From positions 1-64,000 of the IMG/VR virus record IMGVR_UViG_3300038345_000087: a stretch of DNA of 64,000 nucleotides; one strand, 5' to 3'. Under the pieces are notes generated by a model. The model was not told the DNA's origin and made no database searches. It saw only the letters and a program-made list of their open reading frames with translations. Position 1 is the first letter of the stretch; every line of letters begins with the position of its first letter. Positions 1-10,287 of this stretch are shown piece by piece. The position numbers and the translations under genes are program-made. Source of the stretch: a virus. Its lineage: Duplodnaviria > Caudoviricetes.

Positions 1-213
1 GGTGTCCTGGATCGTCAGGGCGTGCCATGTGTCCGCGTGCCGTCTGGTGCCGTGGATCGTCAGGGCGTGCCATGTGCCCGCGTGCCGTCTGGTGCCGTGG
101 ATCGTCAGGGCGTGCCATGTGCCCGCATGCCGTCTGGTGCCGTGGCATCGTTCAGGGCGTGCCATGTGCCCGCGTGCCGTCTGGTGCCGTGGCATCGTTC
201 AGGGCGTGCCATG
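1..213. repeat. Tandem repeat, 45-47 bp unit (CAGGGCGTGCCATGTGCCCGCGTGCCGTCTGGTGCCGTGG[C]ATCGT[T]), about 4.7 copies
   Basis: Units start at 16, 61, 106, 153 and 200; each holds several GTGCC pentamers; the array is cut by the window edge. Confidence 0.95.
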
Positions 214-320
214 AGTTCACACACACATATATATAATAAGGTATGAAAAGCGCGAAAAACACGAAAAACAAAGGAAAAATAAAAAATTTTCGCTTTTTCT
301 TGAAAATAATTTGTTTTTTG

Positions 321-352
321 TTTGGTAGTTTCAAATAAAAGCCCTACCTTTG
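321..352 (+). promoter_or_regulatory. Bacteroidota sigma70 promoter
   Basis: TTTG(321-324)-N20-TACCTTTG(345-352) matches the -33/-7 consensus. Confidence 0.85.
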
Positions 353-412
353 CACCGTCGAAAGACAAAAACAGTATTAACCGCCTCAAGTGAGGCACAA
401 AACAAAAACAAA

Positions 413-760
413 ATGAAAAAACAAAATCTTTTCGCCGCCCTGGTTGCTATTGCAACCGCAAACGCTGAAGGTTTTACAGTGGATGCACAAACACTTCAGC
501 CAGTTTCTAAAGGTTACGCCATCGCCGTGGCTGAAACTCAAAACAGTTTTGGCCGTGAAGGTCTAGCCCGCGTGATCGATTTTGTGCAGAATAACAAAAC
601 CGCCCGCGCTTTTGGCGGTTGGCTTGATTCTGAAACGGGCCTTTATTATTGGGACGCGGTACAGATTTATAAAACAAAAAAGGCCGCCGCCCGTGCTGCA
701 AAACGTAACAAACAAATCGCATTTTTCGACCTTGAAAACGGTGTCGAAATACGTTTGTAA
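413..760 (+). CDS. Hypothetical phage protein
   Basis: ATG at 413 after an A-rich leader and promoter; GGWLDSETGLYYWDA motif. Confidence 0.7.
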   Translation: MKKQNLFAALVAIATANAEGFTVDAQTLQPVSKGYAIAVAETQNSFGREGLARVIDFVQNNKTARAFGGWLDSETGLYYWDAVQIYKTKKAAARAAKRNKQIAFFDLENGVEIRL

Positions 761-857
761 ATCTTCCCAGGGTGCCGGCCTCGTGCCGGTGCCCTCTCTC
801 GTGTTATACTATTATATATAATTAACCGCCTCCAGTGAGGCACAAAAATACGTTATT

Positions 858-1049
858 ATGTCACATTATGCAAAAATTTACCGCGATGAGCTGCGCGAAC
901 TGGATCACCCTTTGAACCGTTTGCAGTTACGTTTTTTTATTGCCGGTTGTATCTGGATGGAAAAACACCCTAAAACTACGAATTTTGTTTTATCTCTCAT
1001 GGGCCTGGCCCTTCTGCTGGAGGTGTTCTTCTTTGCTCCTATCGATTGA
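858..1049 (+). CDS. Small membrane protein
   Basis: 63-aa ORF with hydrophobic C-terminus, preceded by the conserved leader hairpin. Confidence 0.55.
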   Translation: MSHYAKIYRDELRELDHPLNRLQLRFFIAGCIWMEKHPKTTNFVLSLMGLALLLEVFFFAPID

Positions 1050-1119
1050 CCGCCCCCCCTATTATAGAGCGTTTTATTTTTCACCAATTTAACAAGAATC
1101 AAAAAACATTTTTAGCGTT

Positions 1120-1452
1120 ATGAATACCAACACCAACACCCGCCCCGCTGCCGTCACTGAAGAAAAGACTGGCCGCCGCTGTTATACTTACATCCTGGCC
1201 GTATCTGGCCGCCTCTGGAGCCTCTGTGCCTCTGAATGGTGGGGCACTCCTGAAGAAATGCGAACAAACGCCGCGAGCATGGCCACCGCCGCCCGCATCT
1301 TCCGCCACTCTGCTGCCGTCGCTGTTTATGAACTGCGAAACGATGATTATTTCTATTTAGTACACGGGTGCGAGCTGCCAGGGACAAACGATGCGCCGGC
1401 CTCCTTCCATCGTTACGCCGTGCCAGTGATCCGCCGCCAGAATGCCAACTAA
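1120..1452 (+). CDS. Hypothetical protein
   Basis: ORF preceded by TTATA-N13-TTCACC motif. Confidence 0.6.
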   Translation: MNTNTNTRPAAVTEEKTGRRCYTYILAVSGRLWSLCASEWWGTPEEMRTNAASMATAARIFRHSAAVAVYELRNDDYFYLVHGCELPGTNDAPASFHRYAVPVIRRQNAN

Positions 1453-1520
1453 TTACGCCCCGTTATAGATAACCCGATTTTTCACCGATTTTATAAAAAT
1501 CTCAAAACATTTCCAGCGTT

Positions 1521-4500
1521 ATGAATACTTCAGTAAATAACACCCCCGCAAACGTGACTACAAACCGAGTAAATAACAAGATTCAGGACTTCGGCCAAAA
1601 GATAGGCGGTGCCCGTAAGGATCTGGCAAAAGAGGCCGCAGACTTCGCGGCAATTCTGGCCGGTCTGTCTGTTGACCGCCTGAAGGAGTTGAGCCTTTCC
1701 AAACTGGTGAAGTTTGAACAGTTGCAACGCCTGGCCGCCTCTGGTGCTATCTCTGCCCCTGCTGCCTGTGCTGCCTTCGCTCTTTGGCGTTCCATCCCCG
1801 CCCGCCCGTCTCTCTCCTGGAGGGTTGGAAAATGGGCCGTACAAACAGCCACCGTACTGGCTGAAATTTCCGCTATTATAGACGGTGCCGAAATCACCGA
1901 AAAGGTGCAACGCTTGGCCGAGTACCGCGTTTTAATGGCTGCCGGCTACCCTTCCACCCCCTTCGCCTTTGGCCGTTATGGTGTGGAGTACTATATGACG
2001 GTAAATTCTTCCCTTTGTGTCGTAGCTGGAGGCCGTTATAAACTGCGCACCTCTGACCCCCGCGAGGCTGCCGACTACATCCGTAAGGCCGTGGCAGATG
2101 ATGCCGCCCAGCGTGCCGAGGGTGCCACCTTTGAGCTTTACAGGTGTGGCAGTGTGTTCTATGCAGCCCCCAAGGGAAAAAACAAGATCCGCGTAAAAGA
2201 ATGGGCCAACCGCGACGATGCCCGTGCCGGCATGGAAAACGTGGAAGAGCTGCGCCACCTGTGGGACGCTATTCGCAACACGCCCGCCCTCCGTCGTACC
2301 ACCAACCGCCCCCGCATCGGTGCCGACTATCGAAACGGCCAGGACACCACCCCCGAAACCTTCGCCGCTGCCTTCCCCTTCCGTGGTGTGGAGTTTGGCA
2401 ACTGGCTCACCCAAATGGATCGCCTTGTACGTCTTAATGAGACTTTCGACGCACTCCGCGACCTTTGCGCCCTCTGTGGCCTTACGGCTGACGCTGTTAC
2501 GCTGAAGTCCTGGCTGGCGATGGCTTTCGGTTCCCGTGGCATTCCTGGAGCCGCCGCTCACTTTGAACACGATCACCGCGTTATAAACCTGACCAAGGAA
2601 CACGGGGCCGGCTCCCTGGCACATGAGTGGTTCCACGCCCTCGATGCCTTCACCGCTGCCCGCTTCGATGGCTCGATTGGACAAATGGCCGTAAGGGATT
2701 GGGGCCGCCTTCCTGAAGGCGAACTCCGCGAGGCTGCCCGCGCTCTTTATAGCGGGTTGATGAAATCCCCCTTTGCCCGTCGTTCCGAGGATCTGGACTA
2801 TATCAAGGGCAAAACCTACTACGCCACCGCTCAGGAACTGGCCGCCCGCGCTTTCGAGGTCTATGTTATAGAGCTGGCGAAAATTCAGGGCTGGCAGTTG
2901 GATTTTCTTGCAAACGTGACCACCCGCGAGGAATGGCTTGCCGCCTATGGTGGTGCCGATGAGTACCCCTACCCGACACCTGAAGAAGTGGCAGAGCTTG
3001 CCCCGCTGTTTGCCCGCTTCCTCTCCCTGGCTGCCGATGCTCAGGAGTTGAGCAAAGAGGCCGCCCAACTGTTTGCCGATGGCCGCGCCGTCATGGAACA
3101 GCAACGCCAAAAAGCAAAGGAACTCCAGGAACAGGCCGCCCAGGAACAGGCCGAGCAACGCGCCGCCGCTACTGCTGCCCGCCTGGAAGAAATGCAGCAA
3201 CGCGCCGCCGAGGTCTGCGCCGAGTGTGGGGCCTCTTGGTCTTACGTGTTCGAGTCTGCGGGACGCGCTTACGCCGTCGGTGGTGGTGCCGGCTTCGCCT
3301 TCCATATTTGGGCAAATGGTCACGTCGGTTATAAGGTGGTACGCCTTAACTCGCGCCTCAAGAAAAGCATTCGCACCGCGTGGGGTGACACCCTGGAAGT
3401 GCGTCCAGGTGTTGACCTCGAAACCTTCGCCCGTAAGGATCTGGAGCACGGCTTCACTGGCTACAGCTTTTATAATGCCGTTTTCAAGGGCTACGCTTCC
3501 ACCTGGCAAGAGTTTAGCGAGAAACACGCCGCCGACATCCAGAAAGGTGCCCAGGAATTTGCCCCTAAAAAGGCCGCTACGGACGCGAAACCGTCCGACC
3601 AGACCGACACCAAGGCCGAGGGCAAAAAAAACGCTGAGAAGCCCGCAAAGGGCGAAAACAACCGCCGCCCAGAAATCGACACCAACGCCGCCCCCGCCGA
3701 TGGCCTTCGCCTGGTGGAAATAGCCGGAGGCGTGGCAGTGGTAGCCGATGACTGGAGAACCACCTACCGCCACCGCCGCGAAATCAAGGCGCACGGCTGC
3801 ACCTGGAACAAAGAGGCCCAGCAGTGGCAAGCCACCGACCCCGCCACCGTGTCCGCCCTTCGCGACTGGTTCGCACCGGCTGCCGCTGGTTCCGACTCTC
3901 CCGCCACCGTTTCCGCCGCCCCTGTGCCCGCAGATCCCGCTTCCTCTGATAGTGTGCCCGCTGGTTCCGCCAGCGGGGAAAACACCGCCCCCGTTATAGC
4001 CCCTGCGAAAAATCAGGAAAAACTCACCGAGGCAATGGCTGCCGCCTATCCCTTCCGGCTGTTCAGTTTTTCCTTCAGCTGCCGCGAAGTCAAGGCGCAT
4101 GATGGATTTATAGATCGAGAGGCCGCCCGCGCTTTCCTGGCCGACTTCCTGCGCTTCAATGCCTCCCAAGTGGTTGTACTGTTCCAGGACATCGATCACG
4201 CCATTTACTACCATACAGAGACAAAGGACTTTTATTGTGACTTCTGCGCCGACTCTGGCACCCCGTCCGATTCTCTTCTCTCTGAGCTTCGCGCCCGCCT
4301 TCTGGAATGTCGTGCCGACTACGAGAAGAAACAGGCCGCCCAGCGCATCCAGGAGGCCGACGGCGATGGCTGCGCCTACGAAGTGAGTGCAGCCGGTTCC
4401 CGCGTCCTTGTGGAACGCGACACCCGCAACCCTGGCAAGTTCCGCGCTACCTGGTTCGTGGGTGCTGAGATCGATGAGCGACGCAACAACCAGACAGCCG

Positions 4501-4982
4501 AAGAAGCTGCCGCCCTGGTGTGGCTCTTCTGTGATGGCTATGCCGCTCAGGGCGAACAGCTCGAAACCGCTCGCCCTCATTATAGCCCCTCTGCGAAATC
4601 AGAGAATCCCGCACCCAGCGGTTCCCCCGCTGGTTCTCCTTCTGCCACTGTACCCGCTGGTTCCGCCAGCGGGAAGAATGAACCCGCCGCACTGTTGAAA
4701 CGCTATCAGGAACGCAAGCAAAAACTCCTCGCTATCGGCTACCCCTATTATTCCAGGCTGAAGAATGAGGATGGTAGTTTCAATATCCCCACTTCCGACG
4801 AGTCAACCTATTGGGACTACGCCGCCGGTGTCATCACCTTTGAAGAAGCTGCCAGGGAACTGTGCCGGTGTGGTTTCACCAACTTCGTGGATGAGAAATA
4901 CACCCGCACCGTCTTTGCCAGGATAAACGAGCGTTTGCACAAACTGGACGATGATCTGAAACCCATTAAAGCGGTTGCCTGA
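1521..4982 (+). CDS. Large polyvalent protein (LPD5-like N-terminus, LPD1 zincin-like domain), probable early anti-defence protein
   Basis: KIQDFGQKIGGARKD, FRGVEFGNW, GSLAHEWFHALD (HExxH) and ELAARAFE motifs; 1153 aa. Confidence 0.8.
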   Translation: MNTSVNNTPANVTTNRVNNKIQDFGQKIGGARKDLAKEAADFAAILAGLSVDRLKELSLSKLVKFEQLQRLAASGAISAPAACAAFALWRSIPARPSLSWRVGKWAVQTATVLAEISAIIDGAEITEKVQRLAEYRVLMAAGYPSTPFAFGRYGVEYYMTVNSSLCVVAGGRYKLRTSDPREAADYIRKAVADDAAQRAEGATFELYRCGSVFYAAPKGKNKIRVKEWANRDDARAGMENVEELRHLWDAIRNTPALRRTTNRPRIGADYRNGQDTTPETFAAAFPFRGVEFGNWLTQMDRLVRLNETFDALRDLCALCGLTADAVTLKSWLAMAFGSRGIPGAAAHFEHDHRVINLTKEHGAGSLAHEWFHALDAFTAARFDGSIGQMAVRDWGRLPEGELREAARALYSGLMKSPFARRSEDLDYIKGKTYYATAQELAARAFEVYVIELAKIQGWQLDFLANVTTREEWLAAYGGADEYPYPTPEEVAELAPLFARFLSLAADAQELSKEAAQLFADGRAVMEQQRQKAKELQEQAAQEQAEQRAAATAARLEEMQQRAAEVCAECGASWSYVFESAGRAYAVGGGAGFAFHIWANGHVGYKVVRLNSRLKKSIRTAWGDTLEVRPGVDLETFARKDLEHGFTGYSFYNAVFKGYASTWQEFSEKHAADIQKGAQEFAPKKAATDAKPSDQTDTKAEGKKNAEKPAKGENNRRPEIDTNAAPADGLRLVEIAGGVAVVADDWRTTYRHRREIKAHGCTWNKEAQQWQATDPATVSALRDWFAPAAAGSDSPATVSAAPVPADPASSDSVPAGSASGENTAPVIAPAKNQEKLTEAMAAAYPFRLFSFSFSCREVKAHDGFIDREAARAFLADFLRFNASQVVVLFQDIDHAIYYHTETKDFYCDFCADSGTPSDSLLSELRARLLECRADYEKKQAAQRIQEADGDGCAYEVSAAGSRVLVERDTRNPGKFRATWFVGAEIDERRNNQTAEEAAALVWLFCDGYAAQGEQLETARPHYSPSAKSENPAPSGSPAGSPSATVPAGSASGKNEPAALLKRYQERKQKLLAIGYPYYSRLKNEDGSFNIPTSDESTYWDYAAGVITFEEAARELCRCGFTNFVDEKYTRTVFARINERLHKLDDDLKPIKAVA

Positions 4983-5058
4983 GTGCAGCCGCTCCCCTAC
5001 CCTCTTTATAGAATATCCAACTTTTCACCGTTTCATCAATTCATTAAACCATTAAATT

Positions 5059-5859
5059 ATGAATACTCTAAATAACATCACCATCCAGGACATTTACAAC
5101 GTCGTTTCCTTGAATGCCGACAAATGTAACAACCGCTTCCGCGTCACCCGCACCGATGGCTCCTCCAGCATCATGCGCCTCTTTATCTCCACTTCCGACC
5201 GCGTATGTGAGTTTGCCAAGGGCAAGCGTCGCAGTGGTTACTACCTCGAATATATCTATCCCGCTGGCACCTTCGCAAAGGTGGAACCGATGGCCCCCAC
5301 TGCTACCGCTCCCGCAAAGATGGCAAAACGCAACGCCCGCAAAGTGGCGGATCTCCTGGCCGCCTCTGGACTATGGCCGGAACACCGCGCACAGTGCGAG
5401 GCACTGGCCTCTCTCTCAGAGGAAGAAATTACAGAGCTGTTTACTATTTATGCCCGATGGTGGGACTACTCAAAGGGCCATGAATACCGCGACACAGCCT
5501 ATAATGACTTCAAGTTCTTCTTCCAGAGCCGGAACCTTCCTGTGTTCGACATCTACCACTTTCAACAGATGGGAACCAAAGGACAAATCATTTCCGTGCC
5601 CTATGATAAATACTGCCGTCAGTACCACCGCGACAAAGTAAACAATGGTATCGAGGCCATGAAACAGGGACTTTCCGACCGTCCTCTTGGCACTTACGGA
5701 ATCAGCTGGCGCGGTTCCTACGATTATAGCGTCTCTCTCCAGCGTGACAGTGAAGGCGTTTGCCGTGGGTGGTTCTCCGCCGAGTATAAGGGATGTGGCA
5801 ACGGCCACTACTACCTCCTCCTGGATGCTTCCCACGCCCTCTACCTGGAGGATGATTAA
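5059..5859 (+). CDS. Conserved hypothetical phage protein
   Basis: 266-aa ORF; C-terminal WFSAEYKGCGNGHYYLLLD. Confidence 0.7.
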   Translation: MNTLNNITIQDIYNVVSLNADKCNNRFRVTRTDGSSSIMRLFISTSDRVCEFAKGKRRSGYYLEYIYPAGTFAKVEPMAPTATAPAKMAKRNARKVADLLAASGLWPEHRAQCEALASLSEEEITELFTIYARWWDYSKGHEYRDTAYNDFKFFFQSRNLPVFDIYHFQQMGTKGQIISVPYDKYCRQYHRDKVNNGIEAMKQGLSDRPLGTYGISWRGSYDYSVSLQRDSEGVCRGWFSAEYKGCGNGHYYLLLDASHALYLEDD

Positions 5860-5909
5860 CTCTCCTTATACCTTCTCCGATTATTCACCAATTTTCAATT
5901 TCTTCAATC

Positions 5910-6179
5910 ATGGATAAGACAAAGGTTTTCACTATTCTTCGACAACTGTATAGCAGCTGCGGACTCAGTAACTTCTACGTGAGGCATGAGCATACCAACC
6001 GTTTCGGCGTTACCCTGATTGAGATAACTCACCCCTATCGCTACTCATACCTGCAAATCGTGTTCCGCGAGAATGTGGTCTCTTCCATCCTTTCATGCCA
6101 TTTGGCTCCCTGGTTTCTTGGTCGATACAACGGCCCTACTGAAATCAAATCTTTGGATCAACTTCAGGCATGGTGCTAA
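5910..6179 (+). CDS. Hypothetical protein
   Basis: ORF in co-directional run. Confidence 0.55.
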   Translation: MDKTKVFTILRQLYSSCGLSNFYVRHEHTNRFGVTLIEITHPYRYSYLQIVFRENVVSSILSCHLAPWFLGRYNGPTEIKSLDQLQAWC

Positions 6180-6228
6180 ATCTGTTTCGTTATTTCATCA
6201 ATTCATTAACTCATCAATTCATCATATT

Positions 6229-6474
6229 ATGAACGTCAAAATTAAGAAAATACTCTCCTGGACCATTCCTTTCTTTGGCAACGATCATATCATGCCCTAT
6301 GGCTCACTGCTCGTTACGGATGGTCAAATCGAACACGTCTGCCGTACCAAGGGCGACCGCTATTGGGACAATGACGGCTATCAGTACATCACCTTCAACC
6401 GTCGCCGCTACGAGGTCATCCGCGTCGGCAACCCTGCCAGTGGCATGAAGATTCAGCTCCGCCCCGTCGCATAA
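6229..6474 (+). CDS. Hypothetical protein
   Basis: ATG at 6229 after TTCATNAA repeats. Confidence 0.55.
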   Translation: MNVKIKKILSWTIPFFGNDHIMPYGSLLVTDGQIEHVCRTKGDRYWDNDGYQYITFNRRRYEVIRVGNPASGMKIQLRPVA

Positions 6475-6510
6475 ACTCATCATTTCATCAATTCATAAAT
6501 TCATTAAGAA

Positions 6511-7215
6511 ATGAAAATCGAAACAACCATCATGTATGACCGCCCCTATCTTCCGAAGGGGTGTCGCAAATATCGTTATGAAGAAGATGTGAAAGAGACG
6601 ATTGTAAGTAGCATTCGCGAGGTGTCAAAGTTTGACTTGCAACTGGCTATGAGGGCCGAGGGCTTTCACTTCTATGGTACTCATCGCGTCGTGCCTCTCT
6701 ATGCTTATAAAGGTAAATTGTATAGAGAAGTAGAAATCCAACCTTCTATTGAGAAAGAAGAGCGCATGAATGCTCTTCAGTGGCTCATTCATACCCATAA
6801 GCACTACAGTACATACTACGCAAAAACCAAGCGTTTCGACTTGCCGACTAAATTTTACCTGGCACCTGATAACCATGAATCTCGCACAGATATTCTAAAA
6901 CGCTTACGCCGCGATCTGTCAAGGTTACTCATCGTTGACGGTGTTCTTTATGAACAGTCTGTTGTACCTATGTACCGCCTTGTTACTTTTGGTTGGGGTG
7001 GATGTGGAACTTGCTTGCATCTGGTTCGCTATCGTTATCCTCAGAAGGCTGTCGTGGGTATGCGTGGCTGGTATTGGTCAGCACTTGACCACGAAGCTGC
7101 CATAGCTAAGGCTAATGAGGTGGCTGCTCGTCGTGGTGACACTCAGGATGTTGGGAAATTCCATAAACTTGTGGAAGTATATATGCCAGAATTTGTAAAA
7201 CGTGTATATCTCTAA
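6511..7215 (+). CDS. Hypothetical protein
   Basis: 234-aa ORF. Confidence 0.65.
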   Translation: MKIETTIMYDRPYLPKGCRKYRYEEDVKETIVSSIREVSKFDLQLAMRAEGFHFYGTHRVVPLYAYKGKLYREVEIQPSIEKEERMNALQWLIHTHKHYSTYYAKTKRFDLPTKFYLAPDNHESRTDILKRLRRDLSRLLIVDGVLYEQSVVPMYRLVTFGWGGCGTCLHLVRYRYPQKAVVGMRGWYWSALDHEAAIAKANEVAARRGDTQDVGKFHKLVEVYMPEFVKRVYL

Positions 7216-7218
7216 GTT

Positions 7219-7647
7219 ATGGCACAGAAAACCGTGGTAACAGCATATAGGGATCCGCTGGTGGCTAATCTCAAACTCGAAACTGTTGACTTCCAGAATG
7301 TCGGCAATCGTCGTTTTATGTATAACCCAAATACCGGCACCTTCTTCCTTGGCTCTGAGGATAAGAAAATCCAGGACCGTGGCAGTCATGCAGAAGAATT
7401 TGGCAATAGTTCCATCAATGAGAACTTCGATGATTTTATACGTGGATGGTTTGGCTACAATCGTCGCCAGTATAAACACGGTATTATCCACTTCGCCCCG
7501 CCTATCTGCAAAATGAATTTCGATAAGGGCTTCGACTCCTTGCTGGCGTTCTATGCACAACGAGGTATTGACAAAGATACAAAGGTGCGTGGTTTTATCT
7601 CTTTCGATGATGTGCCCATGTCCTCTTTACTTCCAAATCATTTCTAA
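7219..7647 (+). CDS. Hypothetical protein
   Basis: 142-aa ORF. Confidence 0.6.
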   Translation: MAQKTVVTAYRDPLVANLKLETVDFQNVGNRRFMYNPNTGTFFLGSEDKKIQDRGSHAEEFGNSSINENFDDFIRGWFGYNRRQYKHGIIHFAPPICKMNFDKGFDSLLAFYAQRGIDKDTKVRGFISFDDVPMSSLLPNHF

Positions 7648-7681
7648 CCGAGCTTCAAAACTCACAAAACAACCTACAACT

Positions 7682-9181
7682 ATGTTATTTTCATCAAACC
7701 CCGACTTCTACCCTACCCCCGCCGCTGTCATCGATCGCATGATGATGGACGAAGATGTTTCCGGCAAGACTGTACTCGAACCTTCCGCCGGTTCTGGCAA
7801 TATCGTGCGCTGGCTCCAGCGCAATGGTGCCGATGTAATCGCGTGCGAGAACGACCCGCACCTCCAACTCCTTCTCCAACCGCTCTGCCCGCTGCTGGCC
7901 TCCGACTTCCTGACAGTCACACCCGAACAGGTTTCTCACATCCACTACATCGTAATGAACCCACCTTTTAGTGAGGGTGCAAAGCATATCCTCCATGCCT
8001 TCGACATCGCACCGGCTGGATGCACGGTCATCGCTCTGTGCAATAGCGACACTCTATCCAATGCCTACAGCCGCGAGCGTCAACGCCTGAAGGAAACTAT
8101 CGACCTCTATGGAACTGAGGACTTCCTGGGCAACGTGTTCGAGGATGCTGAACGACGCACCCGCGTAAGTGTGTCTCTGGTGAAACTATACAAGGAGGGA
8201 GAAGGTGCTTCTGAGTTCGATAACTACTTCTTCTCTTCCTTCGATGAAGATGCCAACCGTGGCAACACCGAGGGACTGATGCCCTATAACTTTGTGCGCG
8301 AACTGGTAGGCCGTTTCGTGGCTGCTGTCAAGATGTTCGACGACGTAATGAGGGCTTCCAGGGAAATCAACGAGACCGCTGAGTTTTTCGACTACCGCAC
8401 GGAAATCGATGAGCACGGCAATGAGCGTCAGGTGAAACAACAGTACGGCTACCTCCCTATCAAGTTCGGGGCCTTCTCCAATTCCCGCGACATTCCTTCC
8501 GAGGTCACGCATCAACGCTACAAACGCGAACTGCAAAAATACTACTGGCGCATCATATTCTCTAAACTCAACATGGAGAAATACGCCACACGTGAGCTGC
8601 GTGAACAGATCAACCGCTACATCGAGAGCCGCAAAGCCGCTCCCTTCACTATGGCGAATATCTACCGCGTCATCGATATGATCATCCAGACCAACGGACA
8701 GAGGATGCTCCGTGCCCTCTCCGAGGCTTTCGATACCATCTGCTCCTTCTCTGCCGAAAATTCTACCGCCGGAGAGACATGGAAAACAAACGCCAACTAC
8801 ATGGTAAATCGCCGCTTCATCCTTCCGCATATCTGCGAGGGCTACCATGCCTACAGCCGCGACTCTTACCCTACCGTCAACCTGGGTTACAGCTATGGCG
8901 GAAAGACCGACCAAATGGCCGACATCACCAAAGCTCTCTGTGTCCTCACAGGTCGCAACTACGATACCATCCCAACCCTTCAGGATGTCATCTACAAACA
9001 GCACCCCGATTGGGGCACCTGGTTCGAGTGGGGCTTCTTCCGCTGCCGTGGATATAAGAAGGGCACCATGCACTTTGAGTTCCTGGAGGAAGATGTCTGG
9101 TACCGCTTCAACTATGAGGTAGCCAAACTCAAGGGATGGCGACTGCCAAAAAAGAGCGAAAAAACATCAAAATCACACTAA
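7682..9181 (+). CDS. N6-adenine-type SAM methyltransferase with DUF4942-like C-terminal domain
   Basis: FYPTP, VLEPSAGSG (motif I), MNPPF (motif IV), C-terminal GYKKGTMHFEF. Confidence 0.8.
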   Translation: MLFSSNPDFYPTPAAVIDRMMMDEDVSGKTVLEPSAGSGNIVRWLQRNGADVIACENDPHLQLLLQPLCPLLASDFLTVTPEQVSHIHYIVMNPPFSEGAKHILHAFDIAPAGCTVIALCNSDTLSNAYSRERQRLKETIDLYGTEDFLGNVFEDAERRTRVSVSLVKLYKEGEGASEFDNYFFSSFDEDANRGNTEGLMPYNFVRELVGRFVAAVKMFDDVMRASREINETAEFFDYRTEIDEHGNERQVKQQYGYLPIKFGAFSNSRDIPSEVTHQRYKRELQKYYWRIIFSKLNMEKYATRELREQINRYIESRKAAPFTMANIYRVIDMIIQTNGQRMLRALSEAFDTICSFSAENSTAGETWKTNANYMVNRRFILPHICEGYHAYSRDSYPTVNLGYSYGGKTDQMADITKALCVLTGRNYDTIPTLQDVIYKQHPDWGTWFEWGFFRCRGYKKGTMHFEFLEEDVWYRFNYEVAKLKGWRLPKKSEKTSKSH

Positions 9182-9225
9182 AAACAAATTATTTTCAAGA
9201 AAAAGCGAAAAATTTTCTCAAAATG

Positions 9226-9257
9226 TTTGGATGTTTCGCAGAAAAGCCTTACCTTTG
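9226..9257 (+). promoter_or_regulatory. Bacteroidota sigma70 promoter
   Basis: TTTG-N20-TACCTTTG. Confidence 0.85.
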
Positions 9258-9311
9258 CATCGTCAATTTAAGTTTAACCGAGCCAAAAGGCTCACAAAAC
9301 ACAGTTCAATT

Positions 9312-9680
9312 ATGACAATTTCCGATTTCAAACAAGTTGCAAAAAGTCGTGGTGGTTTCTACGACAACAGCCATAAGGCTGGTGAGAATTGGGCACGTAC
9401 ATGGGGCCTTACTTGGTGGCGTGATGTATGGTTCTACAAAGAATTTCGTTTGAATAATCTCGTGTATCGTACTGGTAAGGTATGTATGCGCCACTCTTCG
9501 CATTCACGTACAGAGTGCATCATTGATGACCGTGAAGTTACGGATAAAGATTTTCTTCGTGCCATTGCAGATCTTCCCGTTCCCGCATTAACTCCTGTTG
9601 TGCATCGGTTAGGTGGTGGCATGTCTGCTATTGCTTCCCGTCCGGCTCCCGTACAACTTTGCTTCGAGTTTCCATCCTGA
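9312..9680 (+). CDS. Hypothetical protein
   Basis: ATG at 9312 after promoter and leader hairpin. Confidence 0.6.
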   Translation: MTISDFKQVAKSRGGFYDNSHKAGENWARTWGLTWWRDVWFYKEFRLNNLVYRTGKVCMRHSSHSRTECIIDDREVTDKDFLRAIADLPVPALTPVVHRLGGGMSAIASRPAPVQLCFEFPS

Positions 9681-9715
9681 ATTATAAACCGTTTCACTAA
9701 AAAACGAAAATCAAT

Positions 9716-10285
9716 ATGAAGAAGAAATTTAATTTTGGCGTTATTCGCCCCTTCTTGCGCGATGAGCAACACCTTATCCGTTATTATGCTAACAAGTATG
9801 AGAACACTTTACCCATGCTTTCACGGAGTCATTACAAGTTGAATCATTCAGACACGATGACTGTGGCCTCTTTTGTACTACGTGGTATGATCCTGAATGG
9901 ATGGACGTGTCAACAGACTTATGCCTGGTGGCAGGATTATCGCCGTCACATTGCTGACACTTGGGGAACTTGCTCTCGTGATGTCCTTTGCGGTCCAAAA
10001 ATCTTTCAACGTGTTTGGACTGAGATCGCCCAACTGTTACCCGCTTATCAAGAGAGGATGAAAGAGTTTCCGACTCAGTGGTTCTACATGAACATTATCG
10101 ATTGGACGGGTACACCTCGTAAATGGTTCTTTGACAGTCCAGATGTCGCCAGTGCTGTGCATTATTACAATCTGCACCGTCGCTCAGATCATTTCAATCA
10201 GGAATATCGTTCTTTATATTCTGTCACTTGGGATGGTCAGAAATTTATCAATCCACGTCGTGTTTCACTATCTAAAGCTGCATAA
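9716..10285 (+). CDS. Hypothetical protein
   Basis: 189-aa ORF. Confidence 0.6.
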   Translation: MKKKFNFGVIRPFLRDEQHLIRYYANKYENTLPMLSRSHYKLNHSDTMTVASFVLRGMILNGWTCQQTYAWWQDYRRHIADTWGTCSRDVLCGPKIFQRVWTEIAQLLPAYQERMKEFPTQWFYMNIIDWTGTPRKWFFDSPDVASAVHYYNLHRRSDHFNQEYRSLYSVTWDGQKFINPRRVSLSKAA

Positions 10286-10287
10286 CT

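Noticed and set aside
1-246. CRISPR array, or the repeat-encoded ORFs at 2, 22 and 27
   Set aside because: Units are contiguous with no unique spacers and no cas genes; the ORFs are by-products of a stop-free GC-rich repeat
1053-1059. C7 run as a phase-variation tract
   Set aside because: Intergenic, just after a stop codon, and of opposite polarity to the coding G tracts
1932-4580. 882-aa minus-strand ORF
   Set aside because: Shadow of the LPD1 gene caused by its C-ending codon bias; no motifs
8186-9073. 295-aa minus-strand ORF
   Set aside because: Antisense shadow of the DUF4942-type methyltransferase
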